Of a stretch of 64,000 bases of DNA, positions 21,565-32,647 are shown piece after piece. Source of the stretch: Flectonema sp. DT1601 (Eukaryota). The stretch lies in assembly GCA_964019425.1 (NCBI GenBank), contig OZ025780.1:186001-250000 (forward strand), given 5' to 3'. How positions within the stretch are numbered: the stretch's first letter is position 1; each line of letters opens with the position of its first letter. The position numbers and the translations under genes were made by a program. The notes beneath the pieces were generated by a model. The model saw only the letters and a program-made list of their open reading frames with translations, was not told the DNA's origin and ran no database searches.

Positions 21565-21759
21565 GGACGATAGGTGTGGTCTTTAGATTTTCAACATACC
21601 CTGGAGAGACTTCCAGTCCGTGAAGAGGGGCCTGGCCAATGACCAGTTCGGTACCGGCGGCTTTCGCCTGTGGCTGTCCCAAATTAGCTCAGTGGCGGAA
21701 TCGAACCGAAGATCGTCCGAGTGGAGGGCCAACCCACTCACCAGCCTATTGGGTTTTTT
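21565..21759 (+). ncRNA. Candidate structured small RNA divergent from tRNA-Leu (identity unknown, strand not certain)
   Basis: Closing stem GGACGAT(21565)/ATCGTCC(21712), several internal hairpins, a 3' hairpin GAGTGG/CCACTC and a T6 run. It starts 96 bp upstream of the tRNA. Confidence 0.5.
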
Positions 21760-21780
21760 CTTTTATTTATTTTGATTTCA

Positions 21781-23385
21781 AAACGCTGAACATGATCAAG
21801 AACTTATACATCCTCTCAAGGATTCTGTATGGGCTTGAGAGCTATGGACCTTTCTTGACAGATGAACAGCTTAAACCTATTGACCTGAATCTGAGGAAGA
21901 TAGCAAGAAAGATCACCGGCTGCGGCTTCAACACAAGATCCCTTCCGTTACTGTGGGAGGTGAACATACTCCCGATGAGACTGCAGATTGAGAAGCAGCC
22001 AGAATTGCTTTATTCAGGTATCGGTCACTGGATTGGGTTCCTTCTACCGGCTGAGCACCGTAATATGGAGATCCAGGGGATTGTCATGCCTGACAGCATC
22101 GAGCCATGGATAGATGTTCCGAACCTGGAGATATCTTGTGGATATGGACATTCAAAGACTGGTGTTGCTGAAGTAGACAAGGCTAAGTTCGAGGAGTACT
22201 GCAGCGAACTAAGGCCATGCACCTCGTCCATTTTTGTTGACGGATCCCACGACCCTGTCAACTACACGGCAGGCGCAGCAGCAGTGCAGATCACGCCGTG
22301 CGAACGGACCATGGCATCGAGACTTATTGCAACGGAAAGTAGTTATAAAGCTGAACAGGTAACTCTGAATCTGTTAATAAGTGAATTTGGAAAAGCAACC
22401 TCTGTCTTGGGTCCCGGATGTGGAATCACGAGAGTCTTCAGTGATTCTAAATCCAATCTGGATGAGCTGCGTGGTGGAATTGCGGCTCAGAGGAAGCTGA
22501 ACTCTCTCTCGATACTAGAAGGGATAAGAAAATTAGGTTCATTCGTACACCTTCAATTCGTCCCAGCTCACGTGGGAATTGAACCGCATGACAAGGCAGA
22601 TGAACTGGCAAAAAAGATTTCAAAAGATGTTAAGAGCAAGCCGGTGTCAACGACTATGGACTTCTTCGCACATAAGTCAAGGATAGCGAGGGAAGCTAAC
22701 AGAAAACTGTTTGGTAAGATTATGGAGGGTTCAGCAAGGGCGAAACCACCGATCAAACGGGTGATGCTTAGGCAATATCTTGATGCTACCGGAGGCCTGA
22801 GAGCGGCTCGATACCCCAAGGACATGCTGAGAGAATCAGAGATTAGGATAGCCAGGTTCAGAACGGGCTCTCACCCCCTGCTCAGGGTAAATGAACTACC
22901 GATAAAGTGCCCCTTCTGCAAAAGAACAGACTCTTCTGCCCGACATCTAATATTTGATTGCGAGGATGGTGACGTGGTCCGCATTAGAGAAGGAACAATT
23001 AGATCAAACATTCAGGAAGCGAGAATCTCCGAGACCAAACTAAATCTTTCAATAATGTTTGCGACGAGAAATCTTCACGCCCTAGCCGGCTACTTATGGC
23101 ATTTGGAACAACGAACAGGCTTATCAAACTGTTAACTGATTGGTAGTTGCTAATTCATTAGTATCATTCTCCCCTATCACACTCCTTAATCATCTCCTTA
23201 TTTCTCTGAGGACATCCGCAGAGCTTCATGGCTCGTAGGTAACCCAGTGGTCTTTGGCCACCGTCCCTGTACTGATCCTTCGCTTTATATTAACTGTGTC
23301 TTGAGATTCCTATCCGGGGAAGTCCTCCAACGGACTCAGGACAGTTGCGCTTGTTTTTACTTGTTTACTTTATCAAAAAATAAGA
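21781..23385 (+). mobile_element. 5'-truncated non-LTR retrotransposon (ingi/I-group-like): RT thumb, RNase H, CCHC knuckle, 3' UTR; ORF stop at 23135
   Basis: LY..SRILYG.E.YG thumb motif; RNase H motifs IFVDGS, KAEQ, FSDSKS, FVPAHVGIEPHDKADELAK; CPFC-x8-H-x4-C. No YADD-containing RT core. Ends are approximate. Confidence 0.85.
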
Positions 23386-23519
23386 AGGGCAAGAATGCTC
23401 AGAATGAAGAAAAATAAAGTGGAAAGACAGGGGAAGTGACTGAATAAATAAATAAAGCCTGACTCTGCCTGTTACTTGTAGGTGAGTGTAGGTGTGGACC
23501 TTAAGCCGTTTCCATATAC

Positions 23520-23748
23520 CCCGAGCTGTGAAGCGGATGTCCTCAGAGAGTTATTAGGAGATGAATTAGGAGTGATGTATGAGTATGATATACTAAAAAG
23601 ATAGTAACTTCTGATAACAGCTTGTTGCCGTCCATTGTTCTAAATGCCATATGAAGCCAGCGAGGGAATGTAAGTTCCTCGTAGCAAACATAAATGGCAG
23701 GCTGTGTTCCTTCTCTGAAATCTTCGCTTCTTCCATGACAGATTTAAA
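23520..23748 (-). pseudogene. Diverged inverted fragment of a related LINE 3' end
   Basis: GCGGATGTCCTCAGAGA, TTGTTCTAAATGCCATA and CTCGTAGCAAACAT are reverse complements of sequences in ~23010-23230. Confidence 0.8.
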
Positions 23749-24236
23749 GAACATTATTTTTTTTTTCCAACTTGAAAAAGAATTATTGAGAGGAAACTAA
23801 GACAGAGAGGAGACAGGATGCAAAGGAAATGCGACAGAGGAAAAGGAAGGATATCAGAGTGTCGGAAGACAAGACAGCAAGGCAGGAGAACGAATCTCAA
23901 CAACAGGACTCTCCAGAAAGGGAGTGACTGCAGTTAGACCTCCTGAAAAGAGTATTTCAATGCAAAGTACTGACGACGGTCAATTTTAAAAGGCCGACAT
24001 TAATGAAAAAATCAACTTGGTCAAATACTAACACTACTAATTCAGTCGAACTCATTAAGGTTTTGCTCAATAGCGAGAAACTGGAATGAGCATTCCGGAT
24101 AGCCATTTGATAAAAAGTTGTCTTCGGTTTATCGTTGGTTCACTGACCAACATCACTCAACGTCTTCATTCTACTGCTCTGTGTTAACTATGCATGGTGG
24201 CATTCAGTTTTAATTTTATTATCAGTTAGAATAACT

Positions 24237-25556
24237 ATGAATATTGAAGTATTTAACGAGTGGTCTCAAGGTGAACGTGTAGACTCACCACGTAGCTTGG
24301 AAGCTTGCAGAAGTGTGGGATTGGATCCAAAAATTCTAAAGTTCAGGAGTAGTGAGTATTTTTTAAAAAAATGTAACGGTGATCCTGAGAAGGCTGCTGT
24401 CAGGAAAGAACACTGGGCGGTGAAAAGAACTAAAATGATAGCTGAAATAAGACATGAAAGGCAGTTAATTATAAGGCAACAGGAAGGTGATGATCGAAAG
24501 GAGAAAGACATCCTTCCAGCTATTAAGAACCCACAGATACTTCCAAGTTTTCAGCTAGACTCAGTAGCACCCTCTAAGACAAAATTGGAACTTCGGCTTG
24601 AAGAGGAAAAAAGAAGGAGAGCTGTCTTAGAGATTAAGTTGCTTCAAAAAGCGGAAAGGGCTTCTCAACGAGAAATGTCGACGCAGAGCGACAAGCATAT
24701 TAAAAAGACACTAAATACTGTCCGAGCTAGAAGTGCCGCAGACACTATGCGTCGAGAAGAAGAACTCACCAACATAATAAAATTCAAGGAAACCAACAAA
24801 AATCGCGAAACCATAGCCGATAAAGTAATTCAAGACCGCGCAGCTCGAGCAGCAAAGAAAAGAGAAACTAGGCTACTAAGAGAACAAGTGATGAAAGAGA
24901 AGGAAGATCAAAAACGATTAGTTCAGGATGAATACAAAAAACAACTTCGAGAAAAGGAATTTTCAAAGCATCAGACTCAGCAAGAAAAAGCGGCGCACCT
25001 ATCCCGAGCAAGAGAGCTCCTCAAACGAGAAGTTCAGTATGAAAGGGAAGAACGTCTTGCTCAAAGAGAGTTAGAAAGAGAGCGTGAAATTCAATTGGCT
25101 GTGGAGAAGCAAGCAAGTCTTCGAAAACATTTAGACAAAGTGGAGGAAGGTAAGAAATGTATGGCAACTTTTAAGGCATTGCTGGACGCTGAAAAGGAAG
25201 AAAAACGCCGGCAGGTAACACGGCAGGCTACTGAACTAGAAGAAAGACGTAAGAATATTTTTACTGAGAAAATTGAACGAAATCAAGCAACGTGGTCTGT
25301 TCGCTACTCTGATAGGAAGAAGCTCGAAGAATTAAAATGTCTACAACGTGAGCTCGCTACACTTGATCGCCAGGACCTTATCGAGAAAGTCCGTCGTCGC
25401 AACGAATTCTCTTCACAAAGACGAGCCGAGAAGCTCCTCAATAAGGAAACCAGAATCAATCAGATGCAACAATTACGAGAAGGAGAACTGAAAGTCCTCA
25501 GTACTAGGAAACACATAGAATGGATTGCGAGGCACAAGTCACCTGTTCTTCCTTAA
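24237..25556 (+). CDS. Coiled-coil (E/K/R/Q-rich) hypothetical protein, 439 aa
   Basis: Long ORF with an N-terminal DSPRSLEAC..G.DP motif, then charged helical sequence. Confidence 0.85.
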   Translation: MNIEVFNEWSQGERVDSPRSLEACRSVGLDPKILKFRSSEYFLKKCNGDPEKAAVRKEHWAVKRTKMIAEIRHERQLIIRQQEGDDRKEKDILPAIKNPQILPSFQLDSVAPSKTKLELRLEEEKRRRAVLEIKLLQKAERASQREMSTQSDKHIKKTLNTVRARSAADTMRREEELTNIIKFKETNKNRETIADKVIQDRAARAAKKRETRLLREQVMKEKEDQKRLVQDEYKKQLREKEFSKHQTQQEKAAHLSRARELLKREVQYEREERLAQRELEREREIQLAVEKQASLRKHLDKVEEGKKCMATFKALLDAEKEEKRRQVTRQATELEERRKNIFTEKIERNQATWSVRYSDRKKLEELKCLQRELATLDRQDLIEKVRRRNEFSSQRRAEKLLNKETRINQMQQLREGELKVLSTRKHIEWIARHKSPVLP

Positions 25557-26393
25557 TAGTGAAAAAAATAGTATTGCTGCTTGGAATAATGCGCGACTTT
25601 CGAAGTCGAAGCGCTAGTTGTTCTGGGATGCCATGTATTCAATACAAGGATCCTGTTGCTCATCTTATTGTAAACATTCAGCTGTCTCTACTTCCAACTG
25701 AACTAATGAAACTGTTCAGTAGAATCGTTACTGTGGAAAAATAGAATCAGCGCGTACTTCGCTATTGCAGCAGAAGGTTGGACAACACTTTCAAGTTTTA
25801 AAGATATGCATTGGAAATAAGACTGAACAAAAATAAATATAGATTTCAATCGGAAGTTGTAAAACAACTGATATGTGATTTTGATGATATTTTCTATTCT
25901 TTTACATCAGTTTAATGACTTCCACTTTTTCTGATGGAATTCTTTTTCCATAGAGTCAATGAATTGTTAAGTTTTTGTAGGTTTGAGAAAAAAAGTAATT
26001 TTTTTTAGCTATCGTTTTTCTCTCTCGCCTTATCAGGTGGGCTTTTCTTTTTGTCATTTACAAAGTCTTTTTTTTTTTTTTTTTTTGTTGCGTTACAACT
26101 GCCACATTTCTTATTATTTAAGAACTGGACCATCGGGTCAACTAAGGGAAAAGGATCAGCAGATGGCTTCCCTCCCAAAGAAAAGTTCTTTTTGTTATTG
26201 TTTATCCCGCATTATTGCTATTTAGTTATTAATGTTGAGATGCGTTTGTTCATTGCAGATTTTATTATTACTTAGTTTTTCTTGAATACGAAAAAAAAAA
26301 AAACAACAACGACAACAAAATAAAAATTTAATAATATAATTCTCACAGTCTGATTACTTCAAAAGAATAATAAACAAGAAATAAGGTAATGAA

Positions 26394-29300
26394 ATGGATA
26401 GTGATGACGACGTATTTGTTCTCCCCTCAAGCGATGAGGATTTCATAATTGAGAGTAACGACTCCGGAAGAAGTGAATCAGATTTCATAATCAACAGCAG
26501 TGACGACAACATCAAAGAAGGAAGCAGTGATGAAAATTTCAGCATAGAAAGTGATGACAGTGCGAAAGCTGAGAACAGCAAAGTAAATCTCAACATAAAA
26601 CAAGTGAAGTCGGACACAGCTGAAGAGGAAGAAGACGAAGCCCAGCCCACAGATATGCTCACTATGTTGAAACAAATCAAAAAGACACCTGACGTAAACA
26701 CCCGCCAAGAAGCACCACTGACAGGTGTTGCTTCAGAATCTATCCAAGGGAGCGAAGAAGAGACACCAGACATTCTTAGCATGTTGAAACAGGTAAACAC
26801 GCGTACTGATTCAGATGCCCCGCGGAAACCATCCCTGTTGGGAACTCAAAGTATTTCACCAAGTACTACTACGGAACATGTTATTGACGAGACCCCAATA
26901 GAAGATGAACCTACAGACATGCTCAGTATGCTAAAAGAGGTAAAGATTAGTACCGATCCTGACCACCAGAGTCAGGCAACCGTTGTGAGCCCAGTGCCTG
27001 ATGATGAGGAGGAGGACAACAAAATCCAACCCACAGACATGCTCAGTATGCTAAAGAAAGTGAACGGGAGTACCGATCCTGACCACCAGAGTCAGGCAAC
27101 TGTCGTAAGCCCATTGAGTGAAGAAGAGACACCAGACATTCTTAGCATGTTGAAACAGGTAAACACGCGTACTGATTCAGATGCCCCGCGGAAACCATCC
27201 CTGTTGAGAACTCAAAGTATTTCACCAAGTACTACTACGGAACATGTTATTGACGAGACCCCAATAGAAGATGAACCTACAGACATGCTCAGTATGCTAA
27301 AAGAGGTAAAGATTAGTACCGATCCTGACCACCAGAGTCAGGCAACCGTTGTAAGCCCAGTGCCTGATGATGAGGAGGAGGAGAACAAAATCCAACCCAC
27401 AGACATGCTCAGTATGTTGAAACAAATCAAGAAGACACCATCTGATACTCGAACCAAATCAATTCGAAGTAGCGAAGACGATGAGATATCGGAGGGTAGT
27501 TCTGCGCACATAAAACTATTTGATGATGACACAAAGGAAGTGAAACAGGCGACTGAACCATCTCTGTTAATCCCTACAGAAGTGAGAGTTCAAGAATTAG
27601 TAACAGCGGAGGAAATAAATAGAAACTTATTGCAGCCTACTGATAGTTTGTTACATCTAATTCAAGTTTGGGAAGTCCTACAGAGAAGTCATATCGAGAT
27701 TACTATCTTAGCGGATGTATTCAATTTGATGGAATATTTAAATATTCAGTTTACGTTAACACAAAATATTATTTGTAACGAATCGAGTCGGATGGCAATA
27801 TTGCAACGAGAAAGTTGCGTCAGAAATGAGATTTTATCGGCGTTCGAAGATGAGTTTCATTTTGTTTGTTTGTTACGAAATCAACAACAAGCGGTTGTGT
27901 TGCTAACTATGAAAGAGGATTGCATAAGAAGAGGAATCTTATCGAATTGTGATGATAGCTTTGAGTATGTCAACTATTTGCAGGTACAAAAACAGTCAAC
28001 AGTTCTGTTAAGGCAACAAGAAATTCACCTGAGATTGGAATTATTTGAAGAAAGTCAGTACGAGCACGAAGTGTTAAGGTACACTGAAGAAGAGCGCCGT
28101 GTTGAAATTGAAAATAGAAGAAATCTAAAATCAAACATGAGGAAGAAGACTACTATCGCTGAGAGGATTTCAGCAGAATTCCGAACTGTCTCCTTCACTG
28201 ATGCCACCACTGGAGTGGCTGCCGGGTTATGTATTGTAGCTGTAGCACTCACTAGGCCTTCAATCGGATTTCAGAGACACTCTGCTGCTAGAATACTACA
28301 GAGGATGCACAGATGTGTTTCTTCAAAAGCGATGATTAAAAAATTACGTCAAAACCGGGAACATCACCTCACTCAAAAGGAACATTCTCAAATCCGATCT
28401 TTCTCTGCCACAGTAGTTCAGTCACTGTACAGGTCTTGGGTTGCCGTGAAAGAAGTAAACACAATGCGTAACAGGTGGAACAGTGCCATTAAAATTCAGA
28501 GACGTTGTCGGATTTTCCTTCGCGAGTTGAAAACTTCGAGGGAAAAAGTAAAAATTAGGAACCTGGAAAACATTACTACCAGGCTAAGAACAGAGGTCGC
28601 CCAACTAAATAATCAGATTAACGTACGAGAAGAGACCATTAGGCAGCTTCTCAGGGAGAGAGAACCGACTTCGGAGAATTTAATTTTTACGGAGATCGCG
28701 AAGTTGAGTAACTCACTGCAAGTAGAACATCACTCACTTCGGTTTTTGGAATCAAAATTTGAGGAGTTTACGGGTTCGTTTTTTGATTGGAAAAGAGAAT
28801 GCAACGATCATCCTCATGTATCAGAGAGAGATGTGTCTTTTAGGAATTCGAGTAAGAACTATTGGACCGAGTCACGACCACAATCCTCAATTAATCACAA
28901 TGTGACCACTCAATCAGTCAGAGGATCTGTTCCGATTTCAGCATGGAATGCACGGCCTTCTGAGGAGCCTGTTCTGGTAACTGGTCAGGTACCTGAAGAC
29001 ACCCATTTGGTAAACTTAAAAAGCAAGAATTCATCTATGGGCGGTAGTCGGGAACCGTTAGCCTGGAATGAGAGCAGAGTGTCCAGCGGTGACATAAAAC
29101 AGAAGCGACAGACTCCTCAAAGTGATGTCAGTTGTAGTCACAATACATCATATTACACTGCTCGTAGTCCTATAGTTGATGTTAATGAAAGTTTCACTAG
29201 TACTCCAGACGATGGTTGGTTGGGTGGAGACACTTCCGCCGATAGTATCCACAGTGTGACTCAGCGTGATAATTATCTTTTTGAACGGGTTCCCCTTCCG

Positions 29301-29453
29301 ACACAGACATCCGTAAAGTTTGGAGTGAAAAAAAAACTTCCCACCGGACAGAAGCCACAGAAGAGTACTTCCGAGACTCCGAAATCGTCAGCTCTACTAA
29401 CAGCTGCACTGATTTATGGATCGAAGGTATTGGAGAGGAATGGAGGATTTTAA
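26394..29453 (+). CDS. 1019-aa protein with acidic internal repeats, IQ-like motifs and a coiled coil
   Basis: Recurrent (P)TDMLSMLK units; AARILQRMHR, ATVVQSLYRSW and AIKIQRRCR are IQ-like. Confidence 0.85.
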   Translation: MDSDDDVFVLPSSDEDFIIESNDSGRSESDFIINSSDDNIKEGSSDENFSIESDDSAKAENSKVNLNIKQVKSDTAEEEEDEAQPTDMLTMLKQIKKTPDVNTRQEAPLTGVASESIQGSEEETPDILSMLKQVNTRTDSDAPRKPSLLGTQSISPSTTTEHVIDETPIEDEPTDMLSMLKEVKISTDPDHQSQATVVSPVPDDEEEDNKIQPTDMLSMLKKVNGSTDPDHQSQATVVSPLSEEETPDILSMLKQVNTRTDSDAPRKPSLLRTQSISPSTTTEHVIDETPIEDEPTDMLSMLKEVKISTDPDHQSQATVVSPVPDDEEEENKIQPTDMLSMLKQIKKTPSDTRTKSIRSSEDDEISEGSSAHIKLFDDDTKEVKQATEPSLLIPTEVRVQELVTAEEINRNLLQPTDSLLHLIQVWEVLQRSHIEITILADVFNLMEYLNIQFTLTQNIICNESSRMAILQRESCVRNEILSAFEDEFHFVCLLRNQQQAVVLLTMKEDCIRRGILSNCDDSFEYVNYLQVQKQSTVLLRQQEIHLRLELFEESQYEHEVLRYTEEERRVEIENRRNLKSNMRKKTTIAERISAEFRTVSFTDATTGVAAGLCIVAVALTRPSIGFQRHSAARILQRMHRCVSSKAMIKKLRQNREHHLTQKEHSQIRSFSATVVQSLYRSWVAVKEVNTMRNRWNSAIKIQRRCRIFLRELKTSREKVKIRNLENITTRLRTEVAQLNNQINVREETIRQLLREREPTSENLIFTEIAKLSNSLQVEHHSLRFLESKFEEFTGSFFDWKRECNDHPHVSERDVSFRNSSKNYWTESRPQSSINHNVTTQSVRGSVPISAWNARPSEEPVLVTGQVPEDTHLVNLKSKNSSMGGSREPLAWNESRVSSGDIKQKRQTPQSDVSCSHNTSYYTARSPIVDVNESFTSTPDDGWLGGDTSADSIHSVTQRDNYLFERVPLPTQTSVKFGVKKKLPTGQKPQKSTSETPKSSALLTAALIYGSKVLERNGGF

Positions 29454-30126
29454 TAAGTAGTTGATTGCTTATAATGTTAAAGTCTTACTTACTTTTATTT
29501 TGTTTTATTTTTTACTTAAACAAGTTGTCAGTTTTTATTTGCATATTTCTCTGCAGGCCTACTACGAGGCCCGTGAGATTCTTTTTTTTGATATTTTTTT
29601 TTTTTTCAAATCTCGTCTGTCTTTTGTTCGCAGAGGTGGATCAGTTTATTGTTTATCTTCACTCTGTGAAGTGTAAAGAAAATCACGAGTCAATGCGTTC
29701 AGCGTATTTTGACTCCCGCAGTAGTTTGTTCCTTTTAGTAGTATATTGTAACTTTGTTTTGTTTAATGTGCGATAGGCAACTTGTCAGTTTTATGATCAG
29801 ACCCTGGAAAGAGTTCAAATTATCAAACGGAGCTTTGATGGTTACTATGTTACCTGGAGTCGTTGTTTTTTTTAAGAAAATTTCTTTTTTTCTTATTTAT
29901 CTCAAGGCTAACCCTTACGGGATCACCTTTTTGTGTTAGATATTGTTTTGTGATTAGTTGGCTTCGTGGGGGTAACCCAGACAACGCGTTTTGAGGAATA
30001 TATGTCAACACACAGTTTGGGAGATAAGAAGCAAGTGAGTATATGTTCTACTTTATTTCACATCCACTAAAAACAATTCATTTCTCTCCCCCAAAACAGT
30101 ATTATAATAAGTAATCGAGTTGGTAA

Positions 30127-31128
30127 ATGTTTGTTACGTTCTTCGTATTCATTTTGCTGGTGGAGGTTTCCGCAGCGGATCTCATTTTTCTAAGCGACGC
30201 TGGAATTCACATTTCTGACGATGAAGGAAATAAAAAAGATCTATACATCTTTTCTGATGAAGAAAGTAAGAGAATGGTACCAGCTGATAGATGTGGGCTA
30301 GTCGTTGACATGGTAAGAGGTAATGTAATGTGGGCATCAACTCGTGAAGTAGATATTGCGATAGAAGCAGAGATATGGGGATTTCCTTTAAATCCAAAAA
30401 GTAGTGATCATCCGAAACTAGTTGCAATGTTAGACAAACACAGAGCATTCGGTTTAGCAGTAGATACATTGGAAGGAAACATTTATTTGAGTACATTCTC
30501 GGTACGTGGGATTCGAATCTTTCGAGTCGAAGATTATAATTCAAAATGGGATCATCAAATTCAACTTCGCGATAAATATTTTGATGCTGAAGGTAATGAT
30601 GAAGGTGGAACCTTAGCAATCAGAGATCGCACTCTATACATGAGTGGTACTGATACACTTAGAAATCCTATAGGAAGAATTCTCTCTTGGGATTTAGATG
30701 GCGAATCTCGAGTGAAGGCGATCTCAGATAAGGAAGTTGCTGATGAATTGCTTCCGGGATTCACAGGAACTCTACTTCTACCTGAGTACAGTAATGAATT
30801 GATGTTTCTCATTGAAGGTGATCTCGATGAGAGTCAACCTGATACTCTTTATCAGTTCCATCCGTTCGCTTTAATTGATGTGGAGATTCCTCCTTTCTCA
30901 CGTCCAACAACAACTGATTCGGCAACACCACAACCTAACATTGCAACTCCTAGAGAGGGAATTCTAATTGCCGCTTCTCATTCTGAATTAATATCATTCG
31001 ACTTGTCCACTTCAAATCACATTCGTTCTGTCTTCTATTCTGCTACCCCTACCGAAACTCGTGGAAGGGGTCTCGGGCCTGTTATTAGCTATTCTCCGGA
31101 TAAAAACCAGTACCATGACGATCTTTAG
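30127..31128 (+). CDS. Secretory-pathway beta-propeller-like protein with C-terminal HDDL, 333 aa
   Basis: Hydrophobic signal peptide; GLVVD/GLAVD blade-like motifs; ends in HDDL. Probable 5'-UTR intron at 30035-30099 (GTGAGT..ACTAA..AAACAG). Confidence 0.85.
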   Translation: MFVTFFVFILLVEVSAADLIFLSDAGIHISDDEGNKKDLYIFSDEESKRMVPADRCGLVVDMVRGNVMWASTREVDIAIEAEIWGFPLNPKSSDHPKLVAMLDKHRAFGLAVDTLEGNIYLSTFSVRGIRIFRVEDYNSKWDHQIQLRDKYFDAEGNDEGGTLAIRDRTLYMSGTDTLRNPIGRILSWDLDGESRVKAISDKEVADELLPGFTGTLLLPEYSNELMFLIEGDLDESQPDTLYQFHPFALIDVEIPPFSRPTTTDSATPQPNIATPREGILIAASHSELISFDLSTSNHIRSVFYSATPTETRGRGLGPVISYSPDKNQYHDDL

Positions 31129-32615
31129 AAGTGGTATTGGAAATGTATTGTTCTTCATACTGCCAGGAAGAGGGGGAAAAAAAAAAAAATTAGAAAAAAA
31201 AAAAAAATCGAAGCGATGGCGGAAATCCTTTGACTTATTTACCTCTGTGCAAAAACTGGCTCGGAATAGAACAAAGAGCATTCTCCGTTTATTTTGATGG
31301 GGCGTGTTTTTTCTATTGTAGTGTGAGGGATGATGTGAGCTTCTCTCTTATCCCTGCTGGAAAAAAATAAAAATAAAAAATAAAAAATAAAAATAAAATT
31401 AAAAAAAAATTGCAAACCTGAGTGATATACTTTTTTTTTTCAGTTACAGTAAATATGAAAATTAAAAATTTAAATGTTAAATAAAACATTCAGATTTCGG
31501 AAAATGACAGGCAGCATCAGAAGCTTGATCACTGCGCGTCCCCCCTTACACAAACCCGCTGGTGGGATATGTTTATTTTTTTTTTTTATTTCACACCAAA
31601 AAAAAAAAAAATCATTCTCAGGCTCATGTTCTCTATTTTTATTATTATTTATTTTTTTTTTTTTTGAATTGAATCGAACTATTGCATCAGCGTAAATAGG
31701 GACAATTTATCCCTGGGGAACAAAAAAGGAAGGTTTTTGTCACAATAGAAACGAAAAAAAAAAAAAAACGATTTGTTTTTTTTTTTTCCTTCTTTCTTTT
31801 TTTCTTTTTTGATACAGATCGTTTTTGATTGTGTTGTCGTTGTGTTTTTTCCTATTCACAATTTTATTGAACAAAAAAAAAAAAAAAGAACAAAAAAAAA
31901 AAAAAAAAAAACTCAAATTTTTGTCAAAATTGAAAAGAATATTTGTTTACCCAGTTGACATATAATTCAACAGTCCATGCTGAGTCTTCGGGAACGGTTA
32001 CGGATTGTGTCCTCTCTGTTGTTGTGAGTTACCCTCATAGAGAACTCATAATATACAGTAACTTTGGATTATTAATAACTAATAAACTCACATATTCTAA
32101 CTACCAGTCACTATCTAAAAAAAAAAAAAAAAAAAAATCACACTGAACAGGTATTATAGATATTTTATTGTGCGGATGTTTTTTTTTTGCAAGTATTTTT
32201 TTCTTCTTCTTCTTCTCTTCTCTTCTCTTTTTTTTTTTTTTTTTTCCCGTTTCTCGTAATTTAATACTTTGGATTAGAGAGGGTTATGAATTGAATGTAA
32301 AAATTAATTCTGTTTTTTTTTTTTTTTTTTTTTTTTTTTTTGGGTTAACCTCTCTGTTAGGTTGGTAGAACCTATGTAGTTGAGACCAAGAACCGTTGGT
32401 TTGAAGTTAGGCAGCCTTCCAGTCCAAAGAATCATTGGTTTGGTTTTTGCGAGAGAAAGATCTTCTTTATCACAACATTAAAAAATTAAATGGTCCGATG
32501 AACGGAAATTAAGATAGATATTCGTACCGTCGTATTAACATTCTCTTCGAATCATCGATCTTAATTTTTTTTTTACTTTTTTTCTCGGGTTTGACCAAAG
32601 TATTTTTTGAGCTGG

Positions 32616-32647
<32 letters not shown>

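Noticed and set aside
21639..21780. N-terminus of the 498-aa ORF
   Set aside because: It reads through the structured island and T-tract. LINE similarity starts only near 21781.
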